A stretch of DNA of 64,000 bases from an uncultured Nitrospinota bacterium (GCA_963707985.1 CAVPRW010000022.1:96001-160000), one strand, 5' to 3'; shown: positions 22,839 through 33,733, numbered from the stretch's first letter. Numbers and translations are program-made. Notes: a model not told the origin generated them from the sequence alone.

Positions 22839-23016
22839 TGTGAGACTAGGAGGGTAGAGCCCGAACGCTGGCTATCTGGCGCAGTGGAAACGGTTGGGGC
22901 TGCGGGGGTGAAGTGGTTGAGCGGCCCATTCGACAGTCCTTATGGACGCCTGAGGAGACCGTTGGGAAGCTTCTCCTGCACGTTGCACAACTCAGCCTGA
23001 TCGAGGACGGTGGCGA

Positions 23017-23424
23017 GTGGTGGGGCGTGATCACCCTATACGCCATGGCGCAAGTTTTCCAGCAACGAGCGATTCCAGGGCAAACGCGGCCGAGGGCCCC
23101 AGCGTCGGTGCGGAGGCCTATACGCGTATGGAAATGGTCGAAGCCGAGCTGTATCGGCTCCGGGGAGAATTGTTGCCGGTATGTCTGGTAGTGCCTAACT
23201 CTGAGGCGGAAAGCTGTTTTCAGCAGGCCTTGCACGTGGCGTGCAGCCAAGGTGTGCAATCCCTGTCTCTGGGGGCGGCCATGCGCCTCAGCCATCTGTG
23301 GCTTCGCCAGGGTAAACGGGTCCACGCCCGGCAACTGTTCGCAGCCGTCTATAACTGGTTTACTGAAGGGTTTGAAACGGCGGACCTACAGGAAGCTAGA
23401 ACACTGTTGGCAGGGCTGGCGTGA
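23017..23424 (+). pseudogene. C-terminal TPR remnant of another STAND-TPR protein
   Basis: EAELYRLRGELL..AESCFQQAL..VYNWFTEGFETADLQEARTLL, matching the C-termini of the genes ending at 12454 and 16303. Confidence 0.75.
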
Positions 23425-23654
23425 ATACGGGGGATGTGGTGGAGAGAAAGGTCGCCTAAGGATGAGGTCACCAAGGGACGTGCAAAACGCCTGCGTCTTT
23501 GATACACTGCGGCGGCTCAGATTTCCCGGTGGCGTGAGGTCTTATTCGGACACAAAGACAGCAGCACCAGGCACATATCCTAGACCCATTGCCGCTACTC
23601 AGACGCATCTCTGACTTCACTCGACACCGACATCACCATTCAGCATGAGGATCG

Positions 23655-25784
23655 ATGCGCATGACCAGTTGGACAGCAGACCAGTTGCAATCGATACATC
23701 GTATGCTCAATCCTGTTTCCATCGCCGTTGTGGGGGCCACCCCGCGCCTGCAGTACGGCGGGCGTTTTCTGCGTGCGGCGCTGCAGGCGGGTGACCGTGT
23801 CCGGATCTATCCCGTGAACCCGCGCTACGATGAAATCATGGGGCTCAAGTCGTACCCAAGTTTAGCAGATGTTCCCGAAAGCCCAGACGTGGTCGGCATC
23901 GTCGTGCCTTATCATCAAGTCATGCCGACCCTGGAGGAGTGCGCCCGCAAGCAGGCAGGCTCAGCCATCGTCATCTCAGCCGGCTTTGCCGAACGGGGCG
24001 ATGGCGGCCGCCTGGATCTGCAACGCCAAATCGGCGCCTTCGCCCGCGAATCCGGGGTGCGCATCACCGGGCCCAATTGCCTGGGCGTCGCCAACGTCAA
24101 AGCCGGCATCTGGGCTTGCGCCGGTAGCAGACTGGTCATGAGCGGTGGCGGCCCCGTCGCGCTGGTCTCGCAGAGCGGTGCCTCAGCCTTTGGACCGTTT
24201 CTGACACGAGCTGTCGACCTTGGCATCGGTTATTCCTACATCGTCACCACGGGCAATGAGGCGGACCTGGAGTCGTCGGATTTCATGCGCTACCTGCTCG
24301 ATGATCCGGACACCCGCGTCATCGCTTGCTTCATCGAGGGCTTCAAGGACGGTCGCAAGTTCATGGAAGTGGCGCGACTGGCTGCGGAACGCGGCAAGTC
24401 CATCGTGATGATCAAGATCGGCCGCTCCCCGGCCGGTGCCAAGGCTGCCACCTCACACACGGCCGCGATGACCGGCACGGACGCGGTGCACGACGCAGTG
24501 TTCAAGCAGTACGGCGTGATCCGAGTCGAGGATTACGACGAGCTCCTGGAGACCTCGCAGTTCCTCGCCTACAGTGGTCCGCTGCGGCAGGAGGGTGTCT
24601 CCATCGTGTCACATTCGGGCGGTATCAGCTCGCTGTCGGCGGATAAGTGCGGACAGATGGGGCTGCAGTTACCTGACCTTACCCCCGCCTCCCGCGACGG
24701 TATGAACGAGGTCCTGAAGGGTTTCGGATGGGCCGCGAATCCAGCCGATGTCACGACCTATGCCAACAGTGAGTCCTTTCCCCAGATCATGCAGTACATG
24801 GTCGAGGGGCCGGACGTGGGGATGTTGGCCATCGCCAGCGCTGGCGGAGATAGCCAGGCGCAGCAGGTGATTGCCATGCGCGATGCCACGGATAAACCGT
24901 TGGCTTTTTTGTGGACGGGAAGCCTCACGGCCACTGACGGCCTGAACAAGCTGAAGGAGGCCAAGATTCCCGTTTTCCTGTCGCCTGACCGGTTGGCGCG
25001 CGGACTGCGGAGCAAGATCAATGCACAGCGCTGGCGAGAGCGCCTTCTCAAGAGTGCCGACGAGCCCTTACAGCCCATGTCGGTGGGGCAACGAGAGGCG
25101 CTGCAGGAGATCAACGGCCTGGGTCGGAAAACCTTGACGGAGCATGAAGCCCGACGCTTCCTGGCACATTGGCAGGTGACGGGGGTCAGGGAGGAGCGCA
25201 CCTCGACAGTTGAGGCCGCACTGGCTGCGGCGGGGCAGCTCGGCTATCCAGTGGTGCTCAAGGTGGAATCGCCGGATATTCCGCACAAAACCGAGGCTGG
25301 TGTGGTCCGGCTGGGGGTGCAAAGCGAAGTCGAGCTGCGCCAGGCGTATGCCGAGATCATGCACAATGCCGCGCACCATGCCCCCAATGCTCAGGTGCTC
25401 GGGGTGCTGGTCCAGGAAATGGTCCGTGGGGGTATCGAGACTATCGTCGGACTGTCGCAGGACCCTCTGTTCGGACCAGTCCTGCTCTTCGGCATGGGAG
25501 GGATATTCACCGAACTCTACCAGGATGTGGCGCTGCGCGCCTGCCCAATCAGTCAAAGCGATGCACGGGAGATGCTGCAAGAGGTTAAAGGTGCTCGTCT
25601 CCTCGAAGGCTTCAGGGGACGGCCTGCCGCCGATGTGGACGCGTTGGTCCACCTGTTGGTGCATGTGTCACAGCTTGGGGTACAGTGCGAACGCGAGGTC
25701 CGGGAGCTGGACTTGAACCCGCTCCTGGTCCTGCCGCGTGGACAGGGCGTCAGAGCCGCTGATGCCTTGATCGTCATGGCCTAA
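23655..25784 (+). CDS. ADP-forming acyl-CoA synthetase (acetate-CoA ligase family, alpha-beta fusion)
   Basis: SIAVVGAT, GPNCLG, SQSG, SHTAAM phospho-His, ATP-grasp PHKTEAG and DLNPL. Confidence 0.9.
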   Translation: MRMTSWTADQLQSIHRMLNPVSIAVVGATPRLQYGGRFLRAALQAGDRVRIYPVNPRYDEIMGLKSYPSLADVPESPDVVGIVVPYHQVMPTLEECARKQAGSAIVISAGFAERGDGGRLDLQRQIGAFARESGVRITGPNCLGVANVKAGIWACAGSRLVMSGGGPVALVSQSGASAFGPFLTRAVDLGIGYSYIVTTGNEADLESSDFMRYLLDDPDTRVIACFIEGFKDGRKFMEVARLAAERGKSIVMIKIGRSPAGAKAATSHTAAMTGTDAVHDAVFKQYGVIRVEDYDELLETSQFLAYSGPLRQEGVSIVSHSGGISSLSADKCGQMGLQLPDLTPASRDGMNEVLKGFGWAANPADVTTYANSESFPQIMQYMVEGPDVGMLAIASAGGDSQAQQVIAMRDATDKPLAFLWTGSLTATDGLNKLKEAKIPVFLSPDRLARGLRSKINAQRWRERLLKSADEPLQPMSVGQREALQEINGLGRKTLTEHEARRFLAHWQVTGVREERTSTVEAALAAAGQLGYPVVLKVESPDIPHKTEAGVVRLGVQSEVELRQAYAEIMHNAAHHAPNAQVLGVLVQEMVRGGIETIVGLSQDPLFGPVLLFGMGGIFTELYQDVALRACPISQSDAREMLQEVKGARLLEGFRGRPAADVDALVHLLVHVSQLGVQCEREVRELDLNPLLVLPRGQGVRAADALIVMA

Positions 25785-25833
25785 ACCAGCGTGAGGGCAC
25801 CAGAACGCCCTTGCTCGCATGGAGGGCTCAACG

Positions 25834-26823
25834 ATGCCGGCCAATCTCACACCGCAATATCTCGACGCCGATAAGCGCTTTCGCGAGGCGAAAACGGCTG
25901 TGGAGAAAATCGGCGCGCTCGAGGACATGTTGGCCCTGATCCCTAAGCACAAGGGGACAGAGAAAATGCAGGCCGACCTCAAACGTCGGCTCTCCAAAGC
26001 GCGTGAGGAGGCGCAAAAGAAAGGTAAGGCGGGCGCACGAGGCAATACCTATCACGTGCCGCGTGAGGGGGCCGGCCAGGTCGTCCTGGTGGGCCCCCCC
26101 AATAGTGGTAAATCGACTCTCCTGGCCATGCTCACCAATGCGATTCCTGATGTTGGCGACTACCCCTTTACCACGCGCAAACCGCTCCCCGGCATGATGG
26201 AGTTTGAGAATATCAAAATCCAACTGGTGGACCTCCCGCCGATCGCCCCGGAGTGGACGGAAGGGTGGGTGTTTGCGCTGATTCGCAACGCCGATCTGGT
26301 GCTGGTCTTGGTTGATCTGGCGAGCGACGATGTGTTTGAACAGGTGGAGCAGGTCAGAAGCCAGCTGGCCACCCATAAGATACGGCTGATGCACCAGGCC
26401 GGTGATGAAAACCCTGAGGGGGGCGAGATTACTAAGCGGGCACTCCTAGTGGGCAATAAGGAGGATGGCGAGGGGGCCAAAGAGCGAGGAGCATTTCTGG
26501 CGGAGCTGTATGCCGCCGATTTCCCTGTCCTCACCGTATCAGCCGCCTCCGGCAGCAACCTTGAAACCCTGAGGCGAGCGCTCTACGATGGTCTGGGAGT
26601 GCTACGAGTCTATACCAAGTCACCCGGCAAAAAGCCTGGGCACGACGCCCCATTTGTGCTCAAGCAGGGCTCGACCATTCTAGACGTGGCCGAGGCTGTG
26701 CATAAAGATATCGCTTCAGCGCTCAAATTCGCCAGAGTCTGGGGGACGGACACCTTCGACGGCCAGCGCGTCATGCGCGACTACGTGGTGCGGGATGGCG
26801 ATGTGATCGAGCTGCATAGCTAA
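25834..26823 (+). CDS. DRG/OBG-family GTPase with C-terminal TGS domain
   Basis: MPANLTPQY, PKHKGTEK, GPPNSGKS, YPFTT, DLPP, GNKED, RVYTK...DGDVIELH. Confidence 0.9.
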   Translation: MPANLTPQYLDADKRFREAKTAVEKIGALEDMLALIPKHKGTEKMQADLKRRLSKAREEAQKKGKAGARGNTYHVPREGAGQVVLVGPPNSGKSTLLAMLTNAIPDVGDYPFTTRKPLPGMMEFENIKIQLVDLPPIAPEWTEGWVFALIRNADLVLVLVDLASDDVFEQVEQVRSQLATHKIRLMHQAGDENPEGGEITKRALLVGNKEDGEGAKERGAFLAELYAADFPVLTVSAASGSNLETLRRALYDGLGVLRVYTKSPGKKPGHDAPFVLKQGSTILDVAEAVHKDIASALKFARVWGTDTFDGQRVMRDYVVRDGDVIELHS

Positions 26824-26825
26824 CG

Positions 26826-26869
26826 GGTTGGGGAGGCGCGACACAGCGAGGTATCGCACCTCCCCAACC
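26826..26869 (+). terminator. Strong hairpin directly after the GTPase stop
   Basis: GGTTGGGGAGG...CCTCCCCAACC perfect 11 bp stem; no U-tract. Confidence 0.45.
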
Positions 26870-27313
26870 ACTAGGAACCACCTGCGAAGCACTTGCGCGC
26901 GAATGGCTGCTTGCTCCCCTCGGCGATATTGAGGCTGTTATCCCCCTTTCCCGTCATGGTCAGGATATGGCGACGTTCCCGGAGGGCAAGCTCACGCAAC
27001 TGTTCGAAGGTTTTTTTAAGCAATATCCAGCCGCAACCTCGCCAAAAGATCCTGTGTTGTCCTACAGCATTGCACTGTACCTCAGCTCAAGACGACGAAA
27101 GGGGATCGCTGCGCAGACGTCAGGGCGTGCGCTTTATGCCAGGGACCGGTGGCCTATAAGTTTATACGCCACCGGGCGCTAACTTACACCTCAGAGCAAT
27201 CCATCACACTCTAACGCCATACAACGCACTTGATCATAGAGCGCATTCTTGCTATGATGAGCTAAATAACGCCTTGAATCGCCACGTATCAATTCGTCGG
27301 CAGGGAGCACCAG

Positions 27314-27694
27314 ATTAATGTCGTGGGGTACAGCCGCGTTCATACCGAAGAGTAGGGGCGGGACGGAGTGAGCCTGCAGGAAGCCCTCGACGCCACGAGC
27401 GCTACTGGGGAGATGATGATCAACCTACTGGCCAGTGTCAGCCCATAGGAACAGGAAGTCATCGGCGAGCGCACGAGCGATGCCCTGCAGCACCTCAAGG
27501 CCGAGGGCAAACGGTATGGCCACACCGTCTTCGACAACCCTGAGGGGATCGCCCTGATGCACCAGCTCCGGCCGGCCGGCTGCAGCTATGAGGCGATCGC
27601 CCAGCACTTGAATCGGGCGGGCATCCCGACAGCCCTGTGGCGGACCATGGCAGCCGATAGTGGTCTGGGGCATCGTGCGGCGCACCCAGCCTAA
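27314..27694 (+). pseudogene. Serine recombinase (resolvase-like) pseudogene
   Basis: VVGYSRVHTEE*GRDGVSL fused to QEALDATSATGEMMINLLASVSP*EQEVIGERT...SYEAIAQHLN; two stops, catalytic Ser lost, internal deletion. Confidence 0.8.
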
Positions 27695-27715
27695 GCACGG
27701 GAGGAAGATTGCGTA

Positions 27716-27979
27716 ATGGCTGACGAACCACTCTTAAGCCCGGCACAAGTGGCCGAGCGCCTCCAGGTGAGCGAGTACACCGCCGTCAAATGGATGCGGC
27801 AAGGCCGGATCAAAGCCCGCAAGCTGGGGAAATTCTGGCGGGTGAAGCCTGAGGACTTGGAGGCCTTCATCGAAGGAAGCACCGAAGAGGACCGTGACGA
27901 TGCCGCGGCGCTCAACGACGCGCTGGCCGATCCCGTGCGTATCCCCCACGAGCAAGTGCGCCAGGAGCTCGGCCTTTAG
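27716..27979 (+). CDS. Putative antitoxin: excisionase-like HTH_17 plus acidic antitoxin-like tail
   Basis: LLSPAQVAERLQVS...GRIKARKLGKFWRV + EEDRDDAAAL..IPHEQVRQELGL; overlaps the toxin start by 1 nt. Confidence 0.75.
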   Translation: MADEPLLSPAQVAERLQVSEYTAVKWMRQGRIKARKLGKFWRVKPEDLEAFIEGSTEEDRDDAAALNDALADPVRIPHEQVRQELGL

Positions 27980-28242
27980 TGGCCTATCGCCTGGAAGATA
28001 CGGCCGCCGCACGGCGCGATTTGCAGGCCTTACCGCGGGACATCCTGATCCGTGTCGAGGCCAGCATTCAGGCGTTAGCGGAGAACCCCCGTCCGCAGGG
28101 CGTCGAGCGTGTCCAGGGCACCCAGGGAGGTCTCCGCGTGCGGCTGGGAGACTACCGGATTCTCTATACCGTTGACGATGCCCAACAAGTGGTGACCATC
28201 GGCCGCGTGCGTCATCGGCGCGATGTGTATCGAGGACTCTAG
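27979..28242 (+). CDS. RelE/ParE-family toxin
   Basis: ARRDLQAL..LAENPRPQG..RVRLGDYRILY..HRRDVYR. Confidence 0.9.
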   Translation: MAYRLEDTAAARRDLQALPRDILIRVEASIQALAENPRPQGVERVQGTQGGLRVRLGDYRILYTVDDAQQVVTIGRVRHRRDVYRGL

Positions 28243-28244
28243 CC

Positions 28245-28349
28245 ATGGCGCGCTTGCTCACCCTGAGAGCCGCCTCACGATTGATTCGCGTCTCACCCGG
28301 ACGGCTCTACCGTCCGATCGCTGATGGTCGCCTTATCGGCGGCACCTAG
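28245..28349 (+). pseudogene. Truncated HTH_17-like fragment
   Basis: MARLLTLRAASRLIRVSPGRLYRPIADGRL then stop. Confidence 0.4.
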
Positions 28350-28499
28350 GGAGGACTTGGCAAACCGACGCTGGTCAGCCTAGAGGTCTTGCAGGCGCTT
28401 TGTCAGCGCGAAGGCCTGCAAGGCCCTGATGTGGTCTAAATATCAGAACTTTTGGTACGTTCCATGCCAGCACATGGATTGCCACCATCATCCCAGCTG

Positions 28500-28680
28500 G
28501 TGATGTCTGAGCCCAAGGCCCCAATGTTGCCATGGCTTCAGGTGATGCAGGCTGAGGGCCTGTCTCTGCAGGCGATCGCTAACAAACTTAACGCCGAGGG
28601 CATGCCAACACTCAGCGGCCAATGGTGCTGGCAGTAAGGGCACCGTTGGGAATCTGCTGGCGCAGGGAGACGAGGCCTGA
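28500..28680 (+). pseudogene. C-terminal remnant of a serine recombinase
   Basis: AEGLSLQAIANKLNAEGMPTLSGQWCWQ*GTVGNLL. Confidence 0.6.
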
Positions 28681-28874
28681 TGAAGGTCCAGGAGGTGATG
28701 GCCCTCGTGGAAGCCGATGGCTGGTATCTCGTCCGGACGCGGGGCGATCATCGGCAGTATAAGCATCCAACCAAACCCGGTCTGGTGGCCATCGCCGGCA
28801 ACCGCAACCGGGATGTACCCGCTGGCACCCTCGCGAACATCCTTAGGCAGGCCGGCCTCAGGAGGAACCCATGA
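28680..28874 (+). CDS. hicA: HicA-family toxin
   Basis: DGWYLVRTRGDHRQYKHPTKPG..GTLANILRQAGL. Confidence 0.9.
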   Translation: MKVQEVMALVEADGWYLVRTRGDHRQYKHPTKPGLVAIAGNRNRDVPAGTLANILRQAGLRRNP

Positions 28875-29092
28875 AATATGCGGTCATTATTGAAAAGGGC
28901 GACACCAGTTATGGCGCCTATGTGCCTGACCTGCCCGGCTGTGTGGCCGTCGGGGAGAGTCTCGATGAGGTCAAGCGGTTGATCCGTGAGGCGATTGCCT
29001 TTCACCTGGAAGGGCTACGGGAAGAGGGGTTGCCGATCCCGCCAGCCATCAGCTTCTGTGAGTATGTGGAACTCCAGGAGGGCGCGGCATGA
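28871..29092 (+). CDS. hicB: HicB-family antitoxin (short form)
   Basis: YAVIIEK..YGAYVPDLPGCVAVGES..REAIAFHLEGL; ATGA overlap with hicA. Confidence 0.9.
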   Translation: MKYAVIIEKGDTSYGAYVPDLPGCVAVGESLDEVKRLIREAIAFHLEGLREEGLPIPPAISFCEYVELQEGAA

Positions 29093-29599
29093 ACACCCCG
29101 AAGCTCTAGGCCCTTGGCATCACACAGGATGGGGCAACAACCCGCTGGAAAGCGATGGGCTATGTCGACGGTGTGGGATGGCTGGAAGCCTCTGGGGCAA
29201 GCTTGATCGGCGCCATGGGGGCGTTATAGGTGTGAGCAGCCTATCGGGCGGCTCCGGAAGAGGAGCGACTATGAAACGACGTTACACCGTCAGCGGGGGT
29301 TGGGCTGAAGTGTTGATCCCCTGGACAGCCGGAGGATCTGAAGGAGATCGAGCGCCACAGCCTTCGTGGCGAGGTGGACGCAAGTGCCAGCTTCGGCGAT
29401 CGCCGCGCGGAGGTGACAGCGGACAACCAGGAGCACTCGGGATTACCAGCCACCGGCGGTATCGCTGTCGGTTCTGCGGTCATGAGTTGCCGGCCTGGCT
29501 CCCGGTGCCGAAGTGGCCAACGGTGCGGTGCTCCTGAATCACCTCAGATTCTGAGGCTGACCGGGTGCGCCGGCGCGAGTGTATCGCGGCTTTTGAATG

Positions 29600-29695
29600 G
29601 GGCCTGATCGACCTTGTCCGCGATTTGTTGTGCACAGCGCTGGCTTGTTCCTTCGTCCAGGCGTAAAAATCCTGGTCATATAACGACTGGCTCAT
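29600..29695 (-). pseudogene. DUF29-family N-terminal fragment
   Basis: MSQSLYDQDFYAWTKEQA, then loss of similarity. Confidence 0.6.
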
Positions 29696-29721
29696 GGCGT
29701 CTGCCCTTCCTACTGTACATT

Positions 29722-30742
29722 AGACTTTATCAAGATTTAGGGTGTAGGATGTCTCACGACGAAAAATCGAGTAGTGGAGGTGCCTATGCCAAGCTACGAG
29801 GATGTGACCCAACGTGCCGGGAGTTTACAGGCGATGACGGGGTTAACCGAGCCAGAATTTACGGCGCTGCTGCCGCATGTCGAGCACGCGTTGGCGGCCT
29901 ATCTGCAGGACCGCACCATCGATGGGCAACCCCGCACGAGCCGTCGTTACAGTACCTATGACAATGGTCCTTTACCCACGATAGCCGACAAACAGCTCTT
30001 CATTCTGACGTATGTGAAACAGAATCCGATTCAAGAAGTGCAAGGACAGCTCTTTGGGATGTCCCAATCGAATGCGAATAAGTGGATTCATCTCCTGCAT
30101 GCGGTGTTGAATCAGGCTTTAGCACACCAAGAGCTGCTTCCAGCTCGCAACGCCGATGAGTTCGCGGTGATGCTCGCCGCCAAACGGACGGAAGGTGCTC
30201 CACTGCCCCCCCTTTTTGGCATGATGGGACTGAGCGACCGATCCACCGCCCCAGCCGATCCCGAGGACCAACAGGAATACTACAGCGGCAAGAAGAAGTG
30301 CCACACGATCAAAAACCTCCTCGTGATCGATGAGACCTGTCAGATTTGCTTCTTGAGTGCCACCTATGAAGGGAAGGCACATGATAAAAGCCTCGCGGAT
30401 CTGGAGGGCTATACCCTCCCACGTGGCAGTTATCTCTATCAAGATCTGGGATTCCAGGGCTATACGCTGTGACGGGATCACGATCATGCAACCCAAGAAA
30501 AAGCCCCGTGGGGGTGAACTCACCCCACCGGAGAAAGCACCAATCGTGCCATCTCGTCCATTCGCATCCGTATCGAACACGCGATTGGTGGGGTGAAACG
30601 CTACCGGATCGTGAAAGACAGGATACGCCTCTTGAAGGACGGTATTCGTGATACCATCATGGAGACGTGTTGTGGACTGCATAACTTTCGCCTACAGTAT
30701 CGACCGTGGAACTATGCCAACTAATAAATATTGAAAAAGTCT
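29722..30742 (+). mobile_element. IS5/IS4-like (DDE_Tnp_4 type) insertion sequence, 1021 bp; transposase 29786..30724 frameshifted
   Basis: TIRs AGACTTTATCAAGATTTA / AGACTTTTTCAATATTTA (16/18); 3 bp TSD ATT on both sides; YYSGKKKCHT, DLGFQG, RIRIEHAIGGVKR. Confidence 0.9.
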
Positions 30743-31538
30743 ATTGCACACCCTCGTTATTGACCGGTCATCCCGAACGTTCCGCACATTTCGATGGTGA
30801 GCCTTTGGGTGCTGGTGCATTCCGTTGCAGTCGGGGCGGGTTATCCATGAAGGCCTGTAGGTCGCTCTCTTTCTCCACCTGTCGCGAGGTCACCATGACC
30901 GTAATCTCCTCACGCCCTGGGCATTTCAGAGTCTTAGAGCTATAGCCTTCGTCTCGAATCACCCGGTTCAACAGCCAATCCTTCATCAGGCAATATGCCT
31001 CCAGCTTCACCTGTTGGGCACGTATGGATACGCCATCTCTAGCCTAGTCCTCCATGCTGACGCGCATGTAACGAACCACCTGCAAAGGCTTCTCCCGTCC
31101 CGATACGCCTGCATAGCCCCCGGGGCGGCCTTCCACGCAGGAATATAGCATAGGGTAACGTTGGTGACGAGAGAATAGCATGGAGTTTCATGGGGTTATG
31201 GGCCTATGGGGTTACCCCTCTTGCGACTCGCCTCACATTGTGACGATCCGACCGCGCACTGCCTACATCAGTTCCTTCCCCGAGCACTGGCCCGCTCGAA
31301 TGCGCTGTCGCATCTAGGCCTCTGCGGCGTGCAGAAAGAGCCGCTGCACATGCCCGACGGAGATCCCTATCGCGGCGGCAGCCTGTGGAAGCGTTGGCAT
31401 TCACGGGGATGGGAATTTTTTATAAAAAATTTGTTGAAATTGTCGACAGGATCTCGTACGATCGTGACCAGTCACGATATTGCTGCCCGCTGTTCTACCT
31501 CAGCCATCGGGCATCACACTCGGAAGGAGGATCATGCG

Positions 31539-32036
31539 ATGCCCTTGTCCGTCTCTCAGCTGATTGAGTCCGCCGACACCAGCGGCGACGCGCTTCGGCT
31601 CATCAGGGCGGCGAAGGACTTGACGCAGGCCGACATCGTGGCACGCTCCGAAGGTACCATTGGCGCCGATCAGATCTCGCTCATCGAGCGTGGGAAGCGG
31701 CCCATGACGTCAAAGCAGTGCACGGCTATTGCGAGGGCACTGAACCTGACCGATGCGCAAGAGGCGCAGCTCATGCTGATGGCTCTGATCGACCGCGCAC
31801 CAGAGCGCCTGAAGCCCACACTGCGCCAGGCAAGGCTCAGGATCAGGCTGGCCACCGTCGAGGCCTTCTTCATGGCATACCCACCGGATAAGATGGAGGC
31901 GTTCATCGCCACCATGGATGCGGTGGCGGAAGTGTGGCCGCAAATCAAAGCAAATGGGAAGTCCCCTCAGAATCCAGCAAAAGCTGGCCCAAAGACTAAC
32001 AAAGTCTCCCGAGGAGGGACAGAACATGGCGTATGA
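31539..32036 (+). CDS. XRE-family HTH protein
   Basis: LRLIRAAKDLTQADIV..QISLIERGKR; AGGAGG RBS; overlaps the next start. Confidence 0.7.
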   Translation: MPLSVSQLIESADTSGDALRLIRAAKDLTQADIVARSEGTIGADQISLIERGKRPMTSKQCTAIARALNLTDAQEAQLMLMALIDRAPERLKPTLRQARLRIRLATVEAFFMAYPPDKMEAFIATMDAVAEVWPQIKANGKSPQNPAKAGPKTNKVSRGGTEHGV

Positions 32037-33733
32037 TCTGTTGATCAAGAATGGTCGAGTGATCGATGGCTCAGGACTACCGGCTTTCCGCGGCGATGTG
32101 GCGGTCAGCCACGGCAAAATCGTGGCGACCGGGAAACTGCGCGATGCCGCCACGCGCACCATTGATGCCGATGGCCTGGTGGTCGCGCCAGGATTTATCG
32201 ACAATCACTGCCACTATGACGCGCAGGTGACCTGGGATCCGATGTGCAGCTTCTCGTGCTATCACGGTGCCACGTCGGTCATCATCGGCAACTGCTCGCT
32301 GGCCCTGACCCCGGTGCGCCGTGGCCAGCGAAGAACGGCTGGCCGAATTTCTCTCCTATGTCGAAGCCATTCCGATGGAGGTGCTGCGCACCGTCAATAT
32401 GAGCTGGGAAACGGTGGGTCAATATATGGACACCCTCGACAAGCGTCTGGGGGTGAATGTGGGCAACCTCATCGGCCATTCGGCGGTGCGCTATTACGTC
32501 ATGGGCGATGAGTGCCAGGGCCGCGCCGCCACGCCGGACGAGGTCGAAGCCATGCGTGGCATTGTCCGCGATGGCATGACGGCCGGCGCGCTGGGGCTCT
32601 CCGTGTCGAAAAATCGGGGCCATTACGATCCCCAGGGCGTGCACATTCCGGCGTTCTGGGCCGAGGAGAGCGAGATCTTTGCGCTCGCCGACGTGCTGAG
32701 CGAGATGGGGGTGGGCACCATCCAGAGCGGCGGCGGTCGCGATGCCGAGTTAGACAACGGCCTGATGACCCGCCTCGCCGAGGCCTGTGGCCGCCAGGTG
32801 GTCTACAACAACCTGGGGCAGTCGGTTCGCCAGCCGGAGGCCTGGAAACAGCACATGGCGCTGGTCGATGCCACGGCCAAGGCGGGGATTCGGGCCAATC
32901 CGCTGTGCACGCCCAACAGCAATACGACGCGCTTCACCATGCGCAATACGCAGGCGTTCCGGGGCATCCCGACCTGGCATCCCATTTTGCTGTCGTCGGA
33001 CGAGGACAAACTGCGGGCCTACAGCGATCCTGAGGTGCGGCGGAAATTGCACCAGGAAGTCGTGGAGTGGACGGCCGACTTACCCGGCGCGAACATCGGG
33101 CGGCGCTGGTACGACTATATCTGGGTGGGTGAGACGGTGTTGCCGAAGAACAAGGCCTGGCAGGGCAAGTCCATCCGTGAAATGGCGGAGGCCCAGGGCA
33201 AGGGCATCATCGACGGCTTCCTGGATCTGGCGGTCGAGGAGCACCTCGACACGGTGTTCTTGGAGGGCTCGTCGAACGTCGATAAGGCGGCCATGGCCCA
33301 GATCCTCAACTACCCCAACGCCTATATCGGGCTCTCCGATGGCGGCGCCCACGTGCAGTTCCACGGGGGCTATGGCTACAGCACGCGCTTGCTGGGCTAC
33401 TGGGTGCGCCAGGAGGGCATCATGTCGCTCGAGCATGCGGTGCGCCGGCTGACCTTCGAGTCGGCCTCGACGTTCGGCATCTACGATCGGGGGCTCCTGC
33501 GCCCGGGCCTGGCGGCCGATATCACGATCTTCGATCCCGACACCATCAACCCGCTGCCGGAAGACACCGTGCACGATTTTCCGGCCGGCGGCTGGCGCAT
33601 CCGAGAGCTGGCGACGGGGATTCAGTACACCATCGTCAATGGCCAGGTGTTGCTCGAAAACGGCCACCACACCGGTGCGCTCCCCGGGCGCGTGCTGAGA
33701 AATAGCCAGTATCACGCGACGGCACAGGCCTAA
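32026..33733 (+). CDS. N-acyl-D-amino-acid deacylase-family amidohydrolase; frameshift about 32320
   Basis: DLLIKNGRVIDGSG, APGFIDNHCHYD, SDGGAH, DRGLLRPG..ADITIFDP. Confidence 0.88.

Noticed and set aside
30768..31040. Small minus-strand ORF next to the IS
   Set aside because: No recognisable motif, and the RBS-linked ATG is out of frame
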